From Parachlamydiales bacterium (GTDB lineage: Bacteria > Chlamydiota > Chlamydiia > Chlamydiales > SM23-39), in contig JBAZUK010000005.1 in NCBI GenBank assembly GCA_041661445.1, positions 58,548 through 122,547 of the forward strand: a stretch of DNA of 64,000 nucleotides, given 5' to 3'. Under the pieces are notes generated by a model. The model made no database searches. It was given only the letters and a program-made list of their open reading frames with translations, and was not told the DNA's origin. Shown one piece after another: positions 1-9,123 of this stretch (position 1 is the first letter of the stretch; every line of letters starts with the position of its first letter). The position numbers and the translations under genes are program-made.

Positions 1-1765
1 TAGAAACGCCTTGCCATTTTTTTTCGTATTCCTTTGCTGATTCTATAGCTTTTTGTAAATTAAGATCATCGGCGAGAAAATAATTATACTTATTTTGATT
101 AGAAAGTATTTTTGTGGCTATGGATGTGTCCTTAACTTCTTTTCCATTTATTACAAGAGGAACATCTTCAATGATAATTTGTTTTGCTTTTTCAATAATA
201 TTTTGAGCCCATTCAATATTTTCCTTGATGGAAAAATCTGTTATTGGATCATTATCAAAAGAATTTGACACTAAAAAATCTGATGTAATAGTTCTGTTTT
301 GCTTAAATTTTCTATCAGAAATTAAATTGGGTATTTCTTTAAAGCTTTGTTTGAAATTATCAATTTGTTCATCCCAATTTTTTGTTCCAGGAAATAAATT
401 TTCCTGCTGGGAAATAAAATTTTCAGGATTGATGAAGTCATTGATTCTTTGTAGTAGATAAGCTGTTAATATTTCCTGATCTTTTTTGAAAACTATCGGG
501 CAAAAAAGAATAAGATTTTTGTTAATAAGTCTTTTTAGAGTTGAGATAACCGGACTTGTTGTTTTTGAATCAATTATTTCAAAGAACATCTCCTCTTCGA
601 GATTGTTTTCTTTTAATAATAAAAGAGAATAGGCGATATCAAAAATATTAGAAGTTGAGATGATAATATTTGCTGCTTTGGCATTTTCAGGTTTTGATCC
701 AAAATTGATCATTCTTTTAAAATTTGCATCGGTTTCAATTTTGGAATTATAGGTTGGCGATGGCCAATTGTTTTTCGAAGAATTGATTAACTCAAGATTT
801 AAATGAATTCCTTTGGTAATTCTTATGGAAATGCAGGCGCCATTTTTTTCTTTTCTTTTTTTTGCCAGTTCAGTTAGTTTTTTTTGAATTTCATAAGACT
901 CGGGAAAATAAGATTTTAAAGTAAATCCTATCGGAAGATTCAAAAAATCATCCAAAAATATAATTTTTTCAAAGATTTCTAAGGCAAGATCCAAATTAGA
1001 ATGTTCTTCAAAATCTAAGATAATAAGCTTTTCTTTTTGAATAGATTTATTTTTTTTTGCAGTATTTTGCAAGGCTTTGAATATTTTTATTAGGTTTTCT
1101 TCGATTTGAATTTTTGCTAAATTATTAAAAGGAATAGATAGCTGAGAAGTCAAACTTGATAAATTTATACAAAATGAGGAAATTTCGTGTTTAGTTATTA
1201 AATTAATTATATTTCTTATGCTTTTATCTAAACTTTTTTCTCCAAAAATTTTATTCTGAAGTATCCAAAAAGCGATCTGATTATTTTTGTTTTTTTGAAG
1301 ATATTTAAATAAATAGGAGGTGTCAGCATAATTAAAATTATTCAAACATTCCTTCAAAATATTTTTTTTTATTAAATTATAAAAAATTTTTGGTGTCATT
1401 GTACTAAAAAGCTTAAAAGTGAATATTTTAAACTTCAGCATCCAGGAGAGCTGTCTTGTAGAACCATAAGATAACAACAAGTATGAAAACTGATCTAAAG
1501 CTCTATTTAGAGATTTCGATCGGAAAAATTGATCGATCAAATTTGAAAGAAAAGCTTTCCCTTTAGAATTGTTTAAAATTTTTGAAAAAATTTGAACGTG
1601 CGCTTTTTCAGAAGGAGATTGGGATTGTTTAGCGTGTAAAATTAAAAGCTCAGCCAGCTCAGTTGATTTTCTAAGTTTGTCATCGAAACTCAAAATGGTA
1701 TTTTTTGAAGCATTTAATAACTGCGCTGCTTGATCTAAATGATATGAAAACTTTTTATCATCCAT
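1..1765 (-). CDS. putA: PutA-like bifunctional proline dehydrogenase / P5C dehydrogenase, N-terminal ~588 codons (3' end beyond window start)
   Basis: My own minus-strand translation from ATG at 1765..1763 (MDDKKFSYHLDQAAQLL...) stays open to the window edge; the supplied track omits edge-truncated ORFs. Blocks LIILDFEEHSNLDLALEIF, IGFTLKSYFPES and ACISIRITKG resemble PutA proline dehydrogenase motifs. The later DVPLVINGKEV resembles the start of an aldehyde dehydrogenase module. Confidence 0.55.
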   Translation of the reverse strand, partial: MDDKKFSYHLDQAAQLLNASKNTILSFDDKLRKSTELAELLILHAKQSQSPSEKAHVQIFSKILNNSKGKAFLSNLIDQFFRSKSLNRALDQFSYLLLSYGSTRQLSWMLKFKIFTFKLFSTMTPKIFYNLIKKNILKECLNNFNYADTSYLFKYLQKNKNNQIAFWILQNKIFGEKSLDKSIRNIINLITKHEISSFCINLSSLTSQLSIPFNNLAKIQIEENLIKIFKALQNTAKKNKSIQKEKLIILDFEEHSNLDLALEIFEKIIFLDDFLNLPIGFTLKSYFPESYEIQKKLTELAKKRKEKNGACISIRITKGIHLNLELINSSKNNWPSPTYNSKIETDANFKRMINFGSKPENAKAANIIISTSNIFDIAYSLLLLKENNLEEEMFFEIIDSKTTSPVISTLKRLINKNLILFCPIVFKKDQEILTAYLLQRINDFINPENFISQQENLFPGTKNWDEQIDNFKQSFKEIPNLISDRKFKQNRTITSDFLVSNSFDNDPITDFSIKENIEWAQNIIEKAKQIIIEDVPLVINGKEVKDTSIATKILSNQNKYNYFLADDLNLQKAIESAKEYEKKWQGVS

Positions 1766-2091
1766 AATAATGATTTTGTATTTTGAAATATTATTCTAGC
1801 AAAACCATCATTAAAAAGAATTATATTTTGCAGTAAATGATTTTGAAAAAATTTATATAACTAAAAGTTCAGTTTTTGCGGATAGATCTGCTTTTTTTTA
1901 TTATTTTTCAAGAGAATAGCAAGTATTATTATCTAATAAGAAATCAAAGTTCGTATGTTTTTTTTCTATGCTTGTGGCCTTATAAAGAATTATTGGCAGT
2001 AAAAAAATTATCGGAAGGAAGTTTTGGATTAAAAAAAATGTAAAAAAAAATTATAAATGTTAAAGTTTTATGATTTTATCAAAGGTTTAAA

Positions 2092-3123
2092 ATGAAAAAC
2101 TTTAACATTTTATGTTTTTATACTCTTTTTTCAATTCTCTTTTTTTATGAATCTAATATCTATGGCGACTGTTCGTGCGGCCGCAACGATATCAAAATTG
2201 AAGAAAATGGTTTTAATGATGAGATCTTGGTTCTGCCTCATCTTTACTTCTATGAAGATCAATATAAAAACTTAAAAAACGAAGTTGATTATAGATTTGA
2301 AAAGTATTTTAGGGAAAAAGAATTTGCAATTTTTGCTCCCGGAAGATCAGATGAATCCATAAAAGAAGAATTTATGCAATTACGAACATTGAGATGGCAG
2401 ACATGGTTTGATACAAATTCTAATGAAATAGAAAGAAATTATAGAGAGGATTTTATACCCTTTTTCGCACTCATCAGGGAAGATATGGCAAGAACGCCTA
2501 ACTGTATCAGTTTTGATTATAACAAAGTATCTCCTTATTTCAATGGATCTTTAATTGAGATGAATGGTTATAAATTTTTGGCTCTCGAAGCTCCCATGCA
2601 AAAAAATGTAAATCGTTTTTATTATACACTTTTAGATACTAATGCCTCGCTCCTGGTAAGGCTTACTCCTGAAGTTGAAAAAGGTGTAGAAAAATGTTTT
2701 CCTTACTGGAAAAATCATTTTGAAAATGGTAAACTTTTAATTCCAAGAAGCAAAAATTTACCAAAATCTATCGATTATATTTATGCTGATAATTGGGAAG
2801 ATTCAAAAGGAACGAATTTAGATTTTTTACTTAATTTTGTGTTACATGCAAGAGAAATTTATAATCCTTCAAAAGGCCCTCTAGCTGTTCATTGTGTTGG
2901 GGGAGTGGGAAGAACGGGAGTGTTTATTGCAGCTTTTTGTATGTTTGATGAAATAGATGAGCAATTAAGATCAGGTAAAAAAACAGAAGATGTAAAAGTC
3001 TCTATAGAGAAAATTGTCGCTCGTTTATCATTACAGCGTTATCATATGGTTGCAAAGCCTGATCAATACTTAAGCCTCTACCAGCTTGCAGCTAAATATA
3101 TTGAAATGGTTACTTTAAAATAA
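2092..3123 (+). CDS. secreted classical Cys-based protein tyrosine phosphatase
   Basis: 343-aa ORF with a hydrophobic signal-like N-terminus (MKNFNILCFYTLFSILFFY). P-loop VHCVGGVGRTG (HCX5R[ST]), NWED in the WPD-loop position, and a QRYHMV..PDQY Q-loop-like block. Confidence 0.75.
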   Translation: MKNFNILCFYTLFSILFFYESNIYGDCSCGRNDIKIEENGFNDEILVLPHLYFYEDQYKNLKNEVDYRFEKYFREKEFAIFAPGRSDESIKEEFMQLRTLRWQTWFDTNSNEIERNYREDFIPFFALIREDMARTPNCISFDYNKVSPYFNGSLIEMNGYKFLALEAPMQKNVNRFYYTLLDTNASLLVRLTPEVEKGVEKCFPYWKNHFENGKLLIPRSKNLPKSIDYIYADNWEDSKGTNLDFLLNFVLHAREIYNPSKGPLAVHCVGGVGRTGVFIAAFCMFDEIDEQLRSGKKTEDVKVSIEKIVARLSLQRYHMVAKPDQYLSLYQLAAKYIEMVTLK

Positions 3124-3365
3124 TATTTTCCATGTTTCTCAATGGAATTTAATGATTTTTAAATTTTGTTTAATGAAAAAAAATGATTGATTATCAGGTT
3201 TTTGCAAAAGTTGTAGTGTATAGATAACTATGTAGATTCTATGTTTGACAGAAATTTTTTTCATTGATGCCGTAAAACCTAGTCATTTATGTCTAGGATA
3301 TAAGGCGACATTTGTTTTTAATTATTCTCTTTCGTATACTATCCTCCATATACGATATGTATATT

Positions 3366-3468
3366 AGCCGTGGGAGGCACGGGTAAAAGCCTGTTGGAGC
3401 TGCTGGGGTTGCTCGGAGCTATGAATCAGGAATCTTTCGGATTAATCCGAGAGTACTTCAAAAGTGGT
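3366..3468. other. GC-rich structured island (candidate small RNA or 5' leader element), identity unknown
   Basis: About 100 nt at roughly 55-60% GC inside about 20% GC intergenic DNA. Hairpins ccgtg-ggagg-cacgg (3368-3382) and ctttcgga-ttaa-tccgagag (3434-3453). No convincing ORF. Confidence 0.3.
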
Positions 3469-3529
3469 TATTAAAATTTAATTTCAAAATTAATAAACTC
3501 CACAAGTAAAAAACAGGAGAAAATAAATT

Positions 3530-5176
3530 ATGCCAAAGGAATTAAAGTTCAACGAAATGGCTTTGAAATCGATCCATAATGGTATTAAGATACTCGCTAA
3601 AACAGTTAAAGCTACACTTGGTCCCAAAGGCAGAAATGTAATAATTAAAAATGGTTATTCTTCTTTAATCTCGACAAAAGATGGAGTTAGTGTTGCAAAA
3701 GAAGTCATTTTAAAAGACAAATTTGAAAATGTCGGAGCCCAGATTGTTAAAGAAGCTTCTTTGAAGACAGCCGAGATGGCAGGTGATGGAACAACAACTG
3801 CTATTGTTTTAGCTGAAGCAATTTTTTCAGAAGGAATGAAAAATATAACCGCAAGTTCAAGCCCAGTGCAGATAAAAAAAGGCATAGATAAAGCTGTTAA
3901 TGCCGTTTGTAATAAGCTCAGCGATTTGGCAATCCAATTAAAAGGATCTGATGAAATCAGGCAAATAGCAACAGTTTCGGCAAATAATGATGAGGAAATC
4001 GGTTCTATTATCGCTCAGGCTATGCAAAAGACAGGAAAAGATGGGATTATTACAGCTGTTGAAGCGACAGGCGTAGAAACAACTTTAGATATTGTTGAGG
4101 GAATGCAGTTTAATAATGGTTATTTATCACCATATTTTATTAATAATCCTGAGAAAATGATTGTAGAATATGAAAATGCTTTGATTTTCATAACTGATAA
4201 AAAATTATCATCTGCTAAAGAAATTGTTTCAATTTTAGAAATAGTTTTTAAAGAGCAATCTATTCCTTTGCTCATAATCGCTGAAGATATAGACTCCGAT
4301 GCCTTATCAACTTTAGTTGTTAATAAAGTCAAAGGAAATCTACCGGTCTGTGCGGTTAAATCTCCTTTTTATGGAGATAGAAAAAAAGAGGTGTTGTTAG
4401 ACATTGCATCCTTAACTGGTGCTACAGTTGTTTGTGATGAATTGAATAACAGTTCTGTTCTTGATATCAGATATTTTGGAAAAGCAAAGAAAATTAAAGT
4501 TGCAAAAGATGCTTCAACCATTATTGAAGGAAGTGGAGAGGCGAGCAAAATAAAAGAAAGGGAAAAACAAATACGATTTGAAATTTCTAAATCCAAATCA
4601 GATTATGATATTGAAAAATTACAGGAAAGACTTGCTCATTTGGCAGGAGGCATTGCCGTTATAAAAGTTGGCGCTTCAACTGAATCGGAGATGAAGGAGA
4701 AAAAACAAAGAGTTGAAGATGCTCTTCACGCTGCAAAAGCTGCTGCAATAGAAGGAATTGTCCCTGGCGGAGGAGTTGCTCTTTTGAGATGCATAAGTTG
4801 TTTAGATGATTTGAAATATGATAATGAAGAAGAAAAAATTGGAATACAAATAATTAAAAATGCCTGTTACGCTCCTGCTATTACAATTGCTAATAATGCA
4901 GGAAAAAACGGTTTGTACATAGCTGAGAAGATTTTAGAAACCAAAGGTTCCTGGGGTTATAATGCCCTAAGCGATAAGTTTTCAGATTTGATAAAAGATG
5001 GAGTTATCGATCCTGTTTTAGTTACAAAAACTGCTTTGAAAAATGCTGCTTCAATTGCTTCTTTGTTAATTTCCGTTGATGCGATCATTACAGATAAACC
5101 AACCGCCAAAAAAGAAAAAGGTTTTGATCAATCTGCGATGGGATATCCTCCAATGGATGATATGTCAATGATGTAA
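3530..5176 (+). CDS. groEL: chaperonin GroEL (Cpn60) paralog, stand-alone (no adjacent groES)
   Basis: 548 aa; TLGPKGRNV, STKDGVSVAKEV, AGDGTTTAIVLA and VPGGGVALLR motifs; AGGAG Shine-Dalgarno upstream. C-terminus is MGYPPMDDMSMM rather than a GGM repeat. Confidence 0.95.
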   Translation: MPKELKFNEMALKSIHNGIKILAKTVKATLGPKGRNVIIKNGYSSLISTKDGVSVAKEVILKDKFENVGAQIVKEASLKTAEMAGDGTTTAIVLAEAIFSEGMKNITASSSPVQIKKGIDKAVNAVCNKLSDLAIQLKGSDEIRQIATVSANNDEEIGSIIAQAMQKTGKDGIITAVEATGVETTLDIVEGMQFNNGYLSPYFINNPEKMIVEYENALIFITDKKLSSAKEIVSILEIVFKEQSIPLLIIAEDIDSDALSTLVVNKVKGNLPVCAVKSPFYGDRKKEVLLDIASLTGATVVCDELNNSSVLDIRYFGKAKKIKVAKDASTIIEGSGEASKIKEREKQIRFEISKSKSDYDIEKLQERLAHLAGGIAVIKVGASTESEMKEKKQRVEDALHAAKAAAIEGIVPGGGVALLRCISCLDDLKYDNEEEKIGIQIIKNACYAPAITIANNAGKNGLYIAEKILETKGSWGYNALSDKFSDLIKDGVIDPVLVTKTALKNAASIASLLISVDAIITDKPTAKKEKGFDQSAMGYPPMDDMSMM

Positions 5177-5312
5177 GTTTTTTACAAATTGATTTAAGTA
5201 CAACAAAAGTTTTTTTGTATATTGGTCTCATTTGAAAAAAATGCTAATCATAGATTTCAATCGTTCTAAAGATTTTATTGTTAGCAAAGAAATACTGATA
5301 ATTTTAATGTTT

Positions 5313-6950
5313 TTATTTTATTTTCCAAAAAAATGGAGCGAAGGCAATTATGATAATGAAGTATTCAAGTCTGCCCAAAAGCATTAAGAAAGAAGATAAC
5401 AGTTTACTGAATGTATGCATAAAAGCAAAAGAAGTTGTGGGCCCGGCTACTCCAAATGCGAAACCAACGTTATTTAACATACAAGCTATTGTGCTCATGG
5501 TTGTTTCTATTTCGATATGATCCAGCACATATAGAATTATGCCGATTATCGAAAAAATTGCTACCAGGCAAAAAAATGTTAAGACTGTCGTGCTGGTGCT
5601 GTTGGATATTTCTTTTTCTCCGATTTTGAGAGGTCTGATCGTATTTGGCCTAAAAATTTCTTCTATTTTATACTTGATGATCTTGTATAATATGTAAATT
5701 CTTGATGTTTTGATTCCGCCGGCAGTTGAGCCTGACATGCCACCTACATACATTAAAAACACCATGAATAATTGTGTTTGATACGGCCATTTTGCAATGT
5801 CTGTTGTTACGAAGCCGGTTGAAGTCTGCGCTGAGATTGCATGAAAGGTCCCCTCTCGAATAGCAGAACTTAGGGTATAGACTCCTTGTTCTGTTCCGTC
5901 TAAACCATAAATTTTTGATCCATTCAGGAAATAGGTAACTATGATGCAGCCGATTATTGTAATTGCAACAAAAAGGACAAAATCCGGTTCATATATTTTA
6001 TAAAACTTTCCTTTAAGACAATAAAAATATAAAGCAAAGTTAATGCTGCCGATAAACATAAAAATAATAACAATCCATTCCGTTATTAAACTATTATATG
6101 CAGCTATTGCATTGTTTTTGATCGCATAACCACCAGTAGAGAGATTAGAAAATGTTATGCAAAATGCATCTAATATTTGCATGTTTCTATTTGTGATTAT
6201 CAATGCTAAAACTTCTAAAATTGTAAGTCCTAAATATAATTTCCAAAGAAGAGAGGCGGTATCTTTTATTCTCGGCGCAATTGTATCTTTAACAGGTCCT
6301 GTCATTTCGGCCTGCAGAAGAAACTTTCCTCCTACGGCCAATGCCGGAAGAACGGTCAAAAATAAAAGAACAATACCTATGCCTCCGAGCCATTGGGTGA
6401 AGCTTCGCCAGAACAATATGGCATGTGAAACAGCTTCTACTCCATCGTATAAAATGTTACCGGAAGAGTCTTTTACGGGTTCGATAGTTCCATAAAATTT
6501 ATAAAAAGTTCTTGGAAAATGCTGGTTTTGAACAACATACTGAACTTCTTTTTTACCAGATTTGTCATATAGCTTGGGACATATTACAGAGGCTCCGGTA
6601 GTTGTCAGACCGGAAACAGATTCAAAAAGACAGTCAGCCGGATCCGTTAGGGTTTTGGAAAAATAAAAAGGAAGCGCGCTGATAACTGAGGATAATACCC
6701 AGATCAATAAAACAATTAATACGCTTTCTCTTCTAAAATATATTCCACTTGCATTTCTTCCAAAAAACAAGAAAATTCCTGACAATATCAGAGTAACAAC
6801 AATAGTCTCGAAAAATGCCAAAGAAGAATTTGGCTGAGGAGTAACGTATATGTATTGGTAGTATAAAGCTACAAAAAATGGAATTATTAATACTAAAGCG
6901 AAATAATAAAGAAATTTACCAATTATTTTAGAAACTTCATTATATCGCAT
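5313..6950 (-). CDS. trkH: TrkH/KtrB-family potassium uptake membrane protein
   Basis: 545 aa, polytopic. Motifs SGLTTTGASV, SAQTSTGF and GGMSGSTAGGIKTSR are typical of TrkH pore loops. Lies next to trkA. Confidence 0.9.
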   Translation of the reverse strand: MRYNEVSKIIGKFLYYFALVLIIPFFVALYYQYIYVTPQPNSSLAFFETIVVTLILSGIFLFFGRNASGIYFRRESVLIVLLIWVLSSVISALPFYFSKTLTDPADCLFESVSGLTTTGASVICPKLYDKSGKKEVQYVVQNQHFPRTFYKFYGTIEPVKDSSGNILYDGVEAVSHAILFWRSFTQWLGGIGIVLLFLTVLPALAVGGKFLLQAEMTGPVKDTIAPRIKDTASLLWKLYLGLTILEVLALIITNRNMQILDAFCITFSNLSTGGYAIKNNAIAAYNSLITEWIVIIFMFIGSINFALYFYCLKGKFYKIYEPDFVLFVAITIIGCIIVTYFLNGSKIYGLDGTEQGVYTLSSAIREGTFHAISAQTSTGFVTTDIAKWPYQTQLFMVFLMYVGGMSGSTAGGIKTSRIYILYKIIKYKIEEIFRPNTIRPLKIGEKEISNSTSTTVLTFFCLVAIFSIIGIILYVLDHIEIETTMSTIACMLNNVGFAFGVAGPTTSFAFMHTFSKLLSSFLMLLGRLEYFIIIIAFAPFFWKIK

Positions 6951-6956
6951 TTTTCC

Positions 6957-8327
6957 TCAAAACAAGTCTTGTAATTGATTGAGCTCTTCTGGTTTTGTAA
7001 TTATTATCAAAGTATCTGAAGGGGATATTATTCTGTTTCCTTTTCCAATAATAATTCTTCCTCTATTTTCGATAGCGCATACTATTAAATCTTTTGGCAG
7101 CCTTGAACTCAAGTCTGATAGTGGGATGCCTACAAGCTCACAATTTTCAGATACTTTTATTTCAAGAACCTTGACCTTGCCATCATATAAAGAAGCAATT
7201 GAAATTACTTTTTCTGCATGTATTATGGATAATATTTTATTGGCAATGTTCACTCTTTCAGATACTGTGAAATCGATATCGTGAGATTTTAAGACTGGAG
7301 CAAAATTAGTGTTAGAAATTAAACTTATTACTTTCTTACAGCCCATATGCTTTGCTATAGACGCTATTAAAAAATTTGCTTCATCTGTATTGGTGCAGGT
7401 GACAAAAGCATCAACATTTTCTATTTGTTCCGAGGCAAAAAACTGCATGTTTGTGCCCTCTTCCAAAATCACGGTAGTTTTGGGAAGCAGGTCTGCAATT
7501 TCTTTACATCTTTTTTCATCATGCTCGATTATTTTTACATTAATATTTCTTAACTCCAGGATATGAGCTAGCCTGACGCCTACTGGAGTTCCACCAACGA
7601 TAACTACTGATTTTGTTTTTTTTTGCTCGATATTGAAATAGTTATGGATATCCTGCATGAATTTTGATTCGCCGATGACAGTAATTTCATCACCAGCTTT
7701 AAGATGATCATTTCCGTGAGGAAAAATTATCTCATCAACAGATTTGCTTGGATTTTTAGGGTCTTGCTTTTTTCTTTTGATAAGGCCGATAATCATTTCA
7801 TCGGGGAAGTTAATGGTATTTAATTCTTTATTTTTCTTATCCCATTTTTCAGTTATCACAAAGGTTCGCATTTGAATTGCGCCATGAGCAAAATTTTCGA
7901 TGGCAAGATCTTCAGGGTTGATTATGCTTTTTAAAATATCATTAGCTGCGAGCATTTCAGCGCCGATAAAATGATCTACATAAAAAAGTCTGCTGAAATC
8001 AAGTCTTGATCTGCCTAAAAATCCAATTTCCTTTACTCTTGCAACTGTTTTCGGATATCCTAAATTTTTTGCTATTGCGCATGTCACTAAATTAGTTTCA
8101 TCATCTCCTGTCATTGCAATAAATAGATCCGGTTGATTTTCTATTAACCTATCCAGGAGCTTCCATCTAGATCCATATCCCTGAAGCGTGGCAATATCTG
8201 CTTTTTCAGAAACTTTTTCAAGTATTTGAGGATCTTTATCTATTACGATAACATTGTGCTGTTGTTCAGATAATACTTTTGCCAGATATGCACCAATTTC
8301 TCCTGCGCCTAATATTACAATATTCAT
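6957..8327 (-). CDS. trkA: TrkA potassium uptake protein, tandem RCK/NAD-binding domains
   Basis: ATG at 8327 gives MNIVILGAGEIGAYLA (Rossmann GxGxxG), with a second VVIVGGTPVGVRLA repeat. The track start at 8357 is a TTG. The ATG overlaps the upstream gene's TGA (ATGA). Confidence 0.9.
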   Translation of the reverse strand: MNIVILGAGEIGAYLAKVLSEQQHNVIVIDKDPQILEKVSEKADIATLQGYGSRWKLLDRLIENQPDLFIAMTGDDETNLVTCAIAKNLGYPKTVARVKEIGFLGRSRLDFSRLFYVDHFIGAEMLAANDILKSIINPEDLAIENFAHGAIQMRTFVITEKWDKKNKELNTINFPDEMIIGLIKRKKQDPKNPSKSVDEIIFPHGNDHLKAGDEITVIGESKFMQDIHNYFNIEQKKTKSVVIVGGTPVGVRLAHILELRNINVKIIEHDEKRCKEIADLLPKTTVILEEGTNMQFFASEQIENVDAFVTCTNTDEANFLIASIAKHMGCKKVISLISNTNFAPVLKSHDIDFTVSERVNIANKILSIIHAEKVISIASLYDGKVKVLEIKVSENCELVGIPLSDLSSRLPKDLIVCAIENRGRIIIGKGNRIISPSDTLIIITKPEELNQLQDLF

Positions 8328-8923
8328 TCCGATTCCTTTGCAAACATTTCCTGCCAATCCCTGGAACTTAAAACATCTCCAAAATTACTTAAATTATTCA
8401 AAGAGGCAAGATGTAAATTTTCACTATAGCTGCTAACGCAATCTGAGAGAGTGGTAATTTTATAGTTTCTTGCGATAGCTTCTCTGGCTGTTGTTTCGAC
8501 GATGCCGTTTGTAGTAAATCCGCTTATTATCAATTGATTGATTCTAAGAGCTGATAAGTATTTTGCAAATTCAGTTTGATAAAATGAAGATATTCCCCAT
8601 CTTTTAATTTTGTAGTCTACATTTTTGACTTCATCAATAAGATCATGTCCCCAGGTGTCCTGTCTTAATCCTTGAGTTTCAATAAAAGGAAACATTTTTT
8701 TCAAGTAGCCAAGCCCGATAGCCTGTTTTTCAAAGTTTTCTAATATTGTCTGCTGCAGGGCAATAATTGGAATTTTAGCGTTTTTGCAAAAATAGATCAT
8801 ATCTGAAATATTAGGTATGATTTTTCTTGAATATGCAGCGTCTAGTCCGTTTTTATTAAAAACACCATCAGTGTGACAAAAATCATTTTGAATATCTAAA
8901 ATTATAAAAGCTAAGTTTGACAT
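8324..8923 (-). CDS. isochorismatase-family (cysteine hydrolase fold) protein
   Basis: 199 aa; N-terminal IILDIQNDFCH block and GFTTNGIVETTAREA block typical of the family. By eye the usual catalytic Cys position is Ile, so the nicotinamidase activity that a catalytic Cys would support is not assumed. Confidence 0.8.
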   Translation of the reverse strand: MSNLAFIILDIQNDFCHTDGVFNKNGLDAAYSRKIIPNISDMIYFCKNAKIPIIALQQTILENFEKQAIGLGYLKKMFPFIETQGLRQDTWGHDLIDEVKNVDYKIKRWGISSFYQTEFAKYLSALRINQLIISGFTTNGIVETTAREAIARNYKITTLSDCVSSYSENLHLASLNNLSNFGDVLSSRDWQEMFAKESE

Positions 8924-9034
8924 TTTTTTTTATTTTTGTTTCTCTTAAAATGTTATAACAGTTACAAAGATTTTTTGTCGATGCATGATTAACTATCCAA
9001 ATGGTTAATAAAAAAACTTTGATTTTATAATTAC

Positions 9035-9108
9035 GCACCGGTAGCTCAGTTGGATAGAGCGCCTGGCTACGGACCAGGAGGTCAGGGGTTCGAATCCTCT
9101 CCGGTGCA
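9035..9108 (+). tRNA. tRNA-Arg (anticodon ACG)
   Basis: Cloverleaf read by hand: acceptor gcaccgg/ccggtgc, D arm gctc..gagc, anticodon stem cctgg/ccagg with loop ctACGga, T arm agggg-ttcgaat-cctct. No encoded CCA. Confidence 0.92.
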
Positions 9109-9123
9109 AAGGTTTATATAGAT

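Noticed and set aside
225-461. 78-aa plus-strand ORF, and the many similar 60-130-aa track ORFs antisense to large genes (for example 3655-3885, 4120-4332, 6157-6495, 6979-7284, 13644-13919, 15822-16466, 27062-28096, 56316-56597, 62809-63204)
   Set aside because: Each lies entirely inside a longer ORF on the opposite strand that has clear family motifs. Their translations are low-complexity, with no motifs and no Shine-Dalgarno. They are typical shadow ORFs in AT-rich DNA.
3374-3478. Reading the GC-rich island as a peptide VGGTGKSLLELLGLLGAMNQESFGLIREYFKSGY with a Walker-A-like GGTGKS
   Set aside because: It is only about 34 codons, needs a GTG start, has a stop a few codons upstream and no Shine-Dalgarno. 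A GC spike in this genome is more typical of RNA structure. It is kept only as a possible gene-fragment explanation.
3124-3529. Known RNA classes (RNase P, SRP/4.5S, tmRNA, 6S, ykkC/guanidine and other riboswitches) and a CIRCE/HrcA operator upstream of groEL
   Set aside because: There are short local resemblances, such as cacgggtaaaagcc and tccgagag. The defining conserved cores (GGAAAGTCC, GGAA-AGCAGCC, the tRNA-like end, the CIRCE inverted repeat) are absent or in the wrong order.
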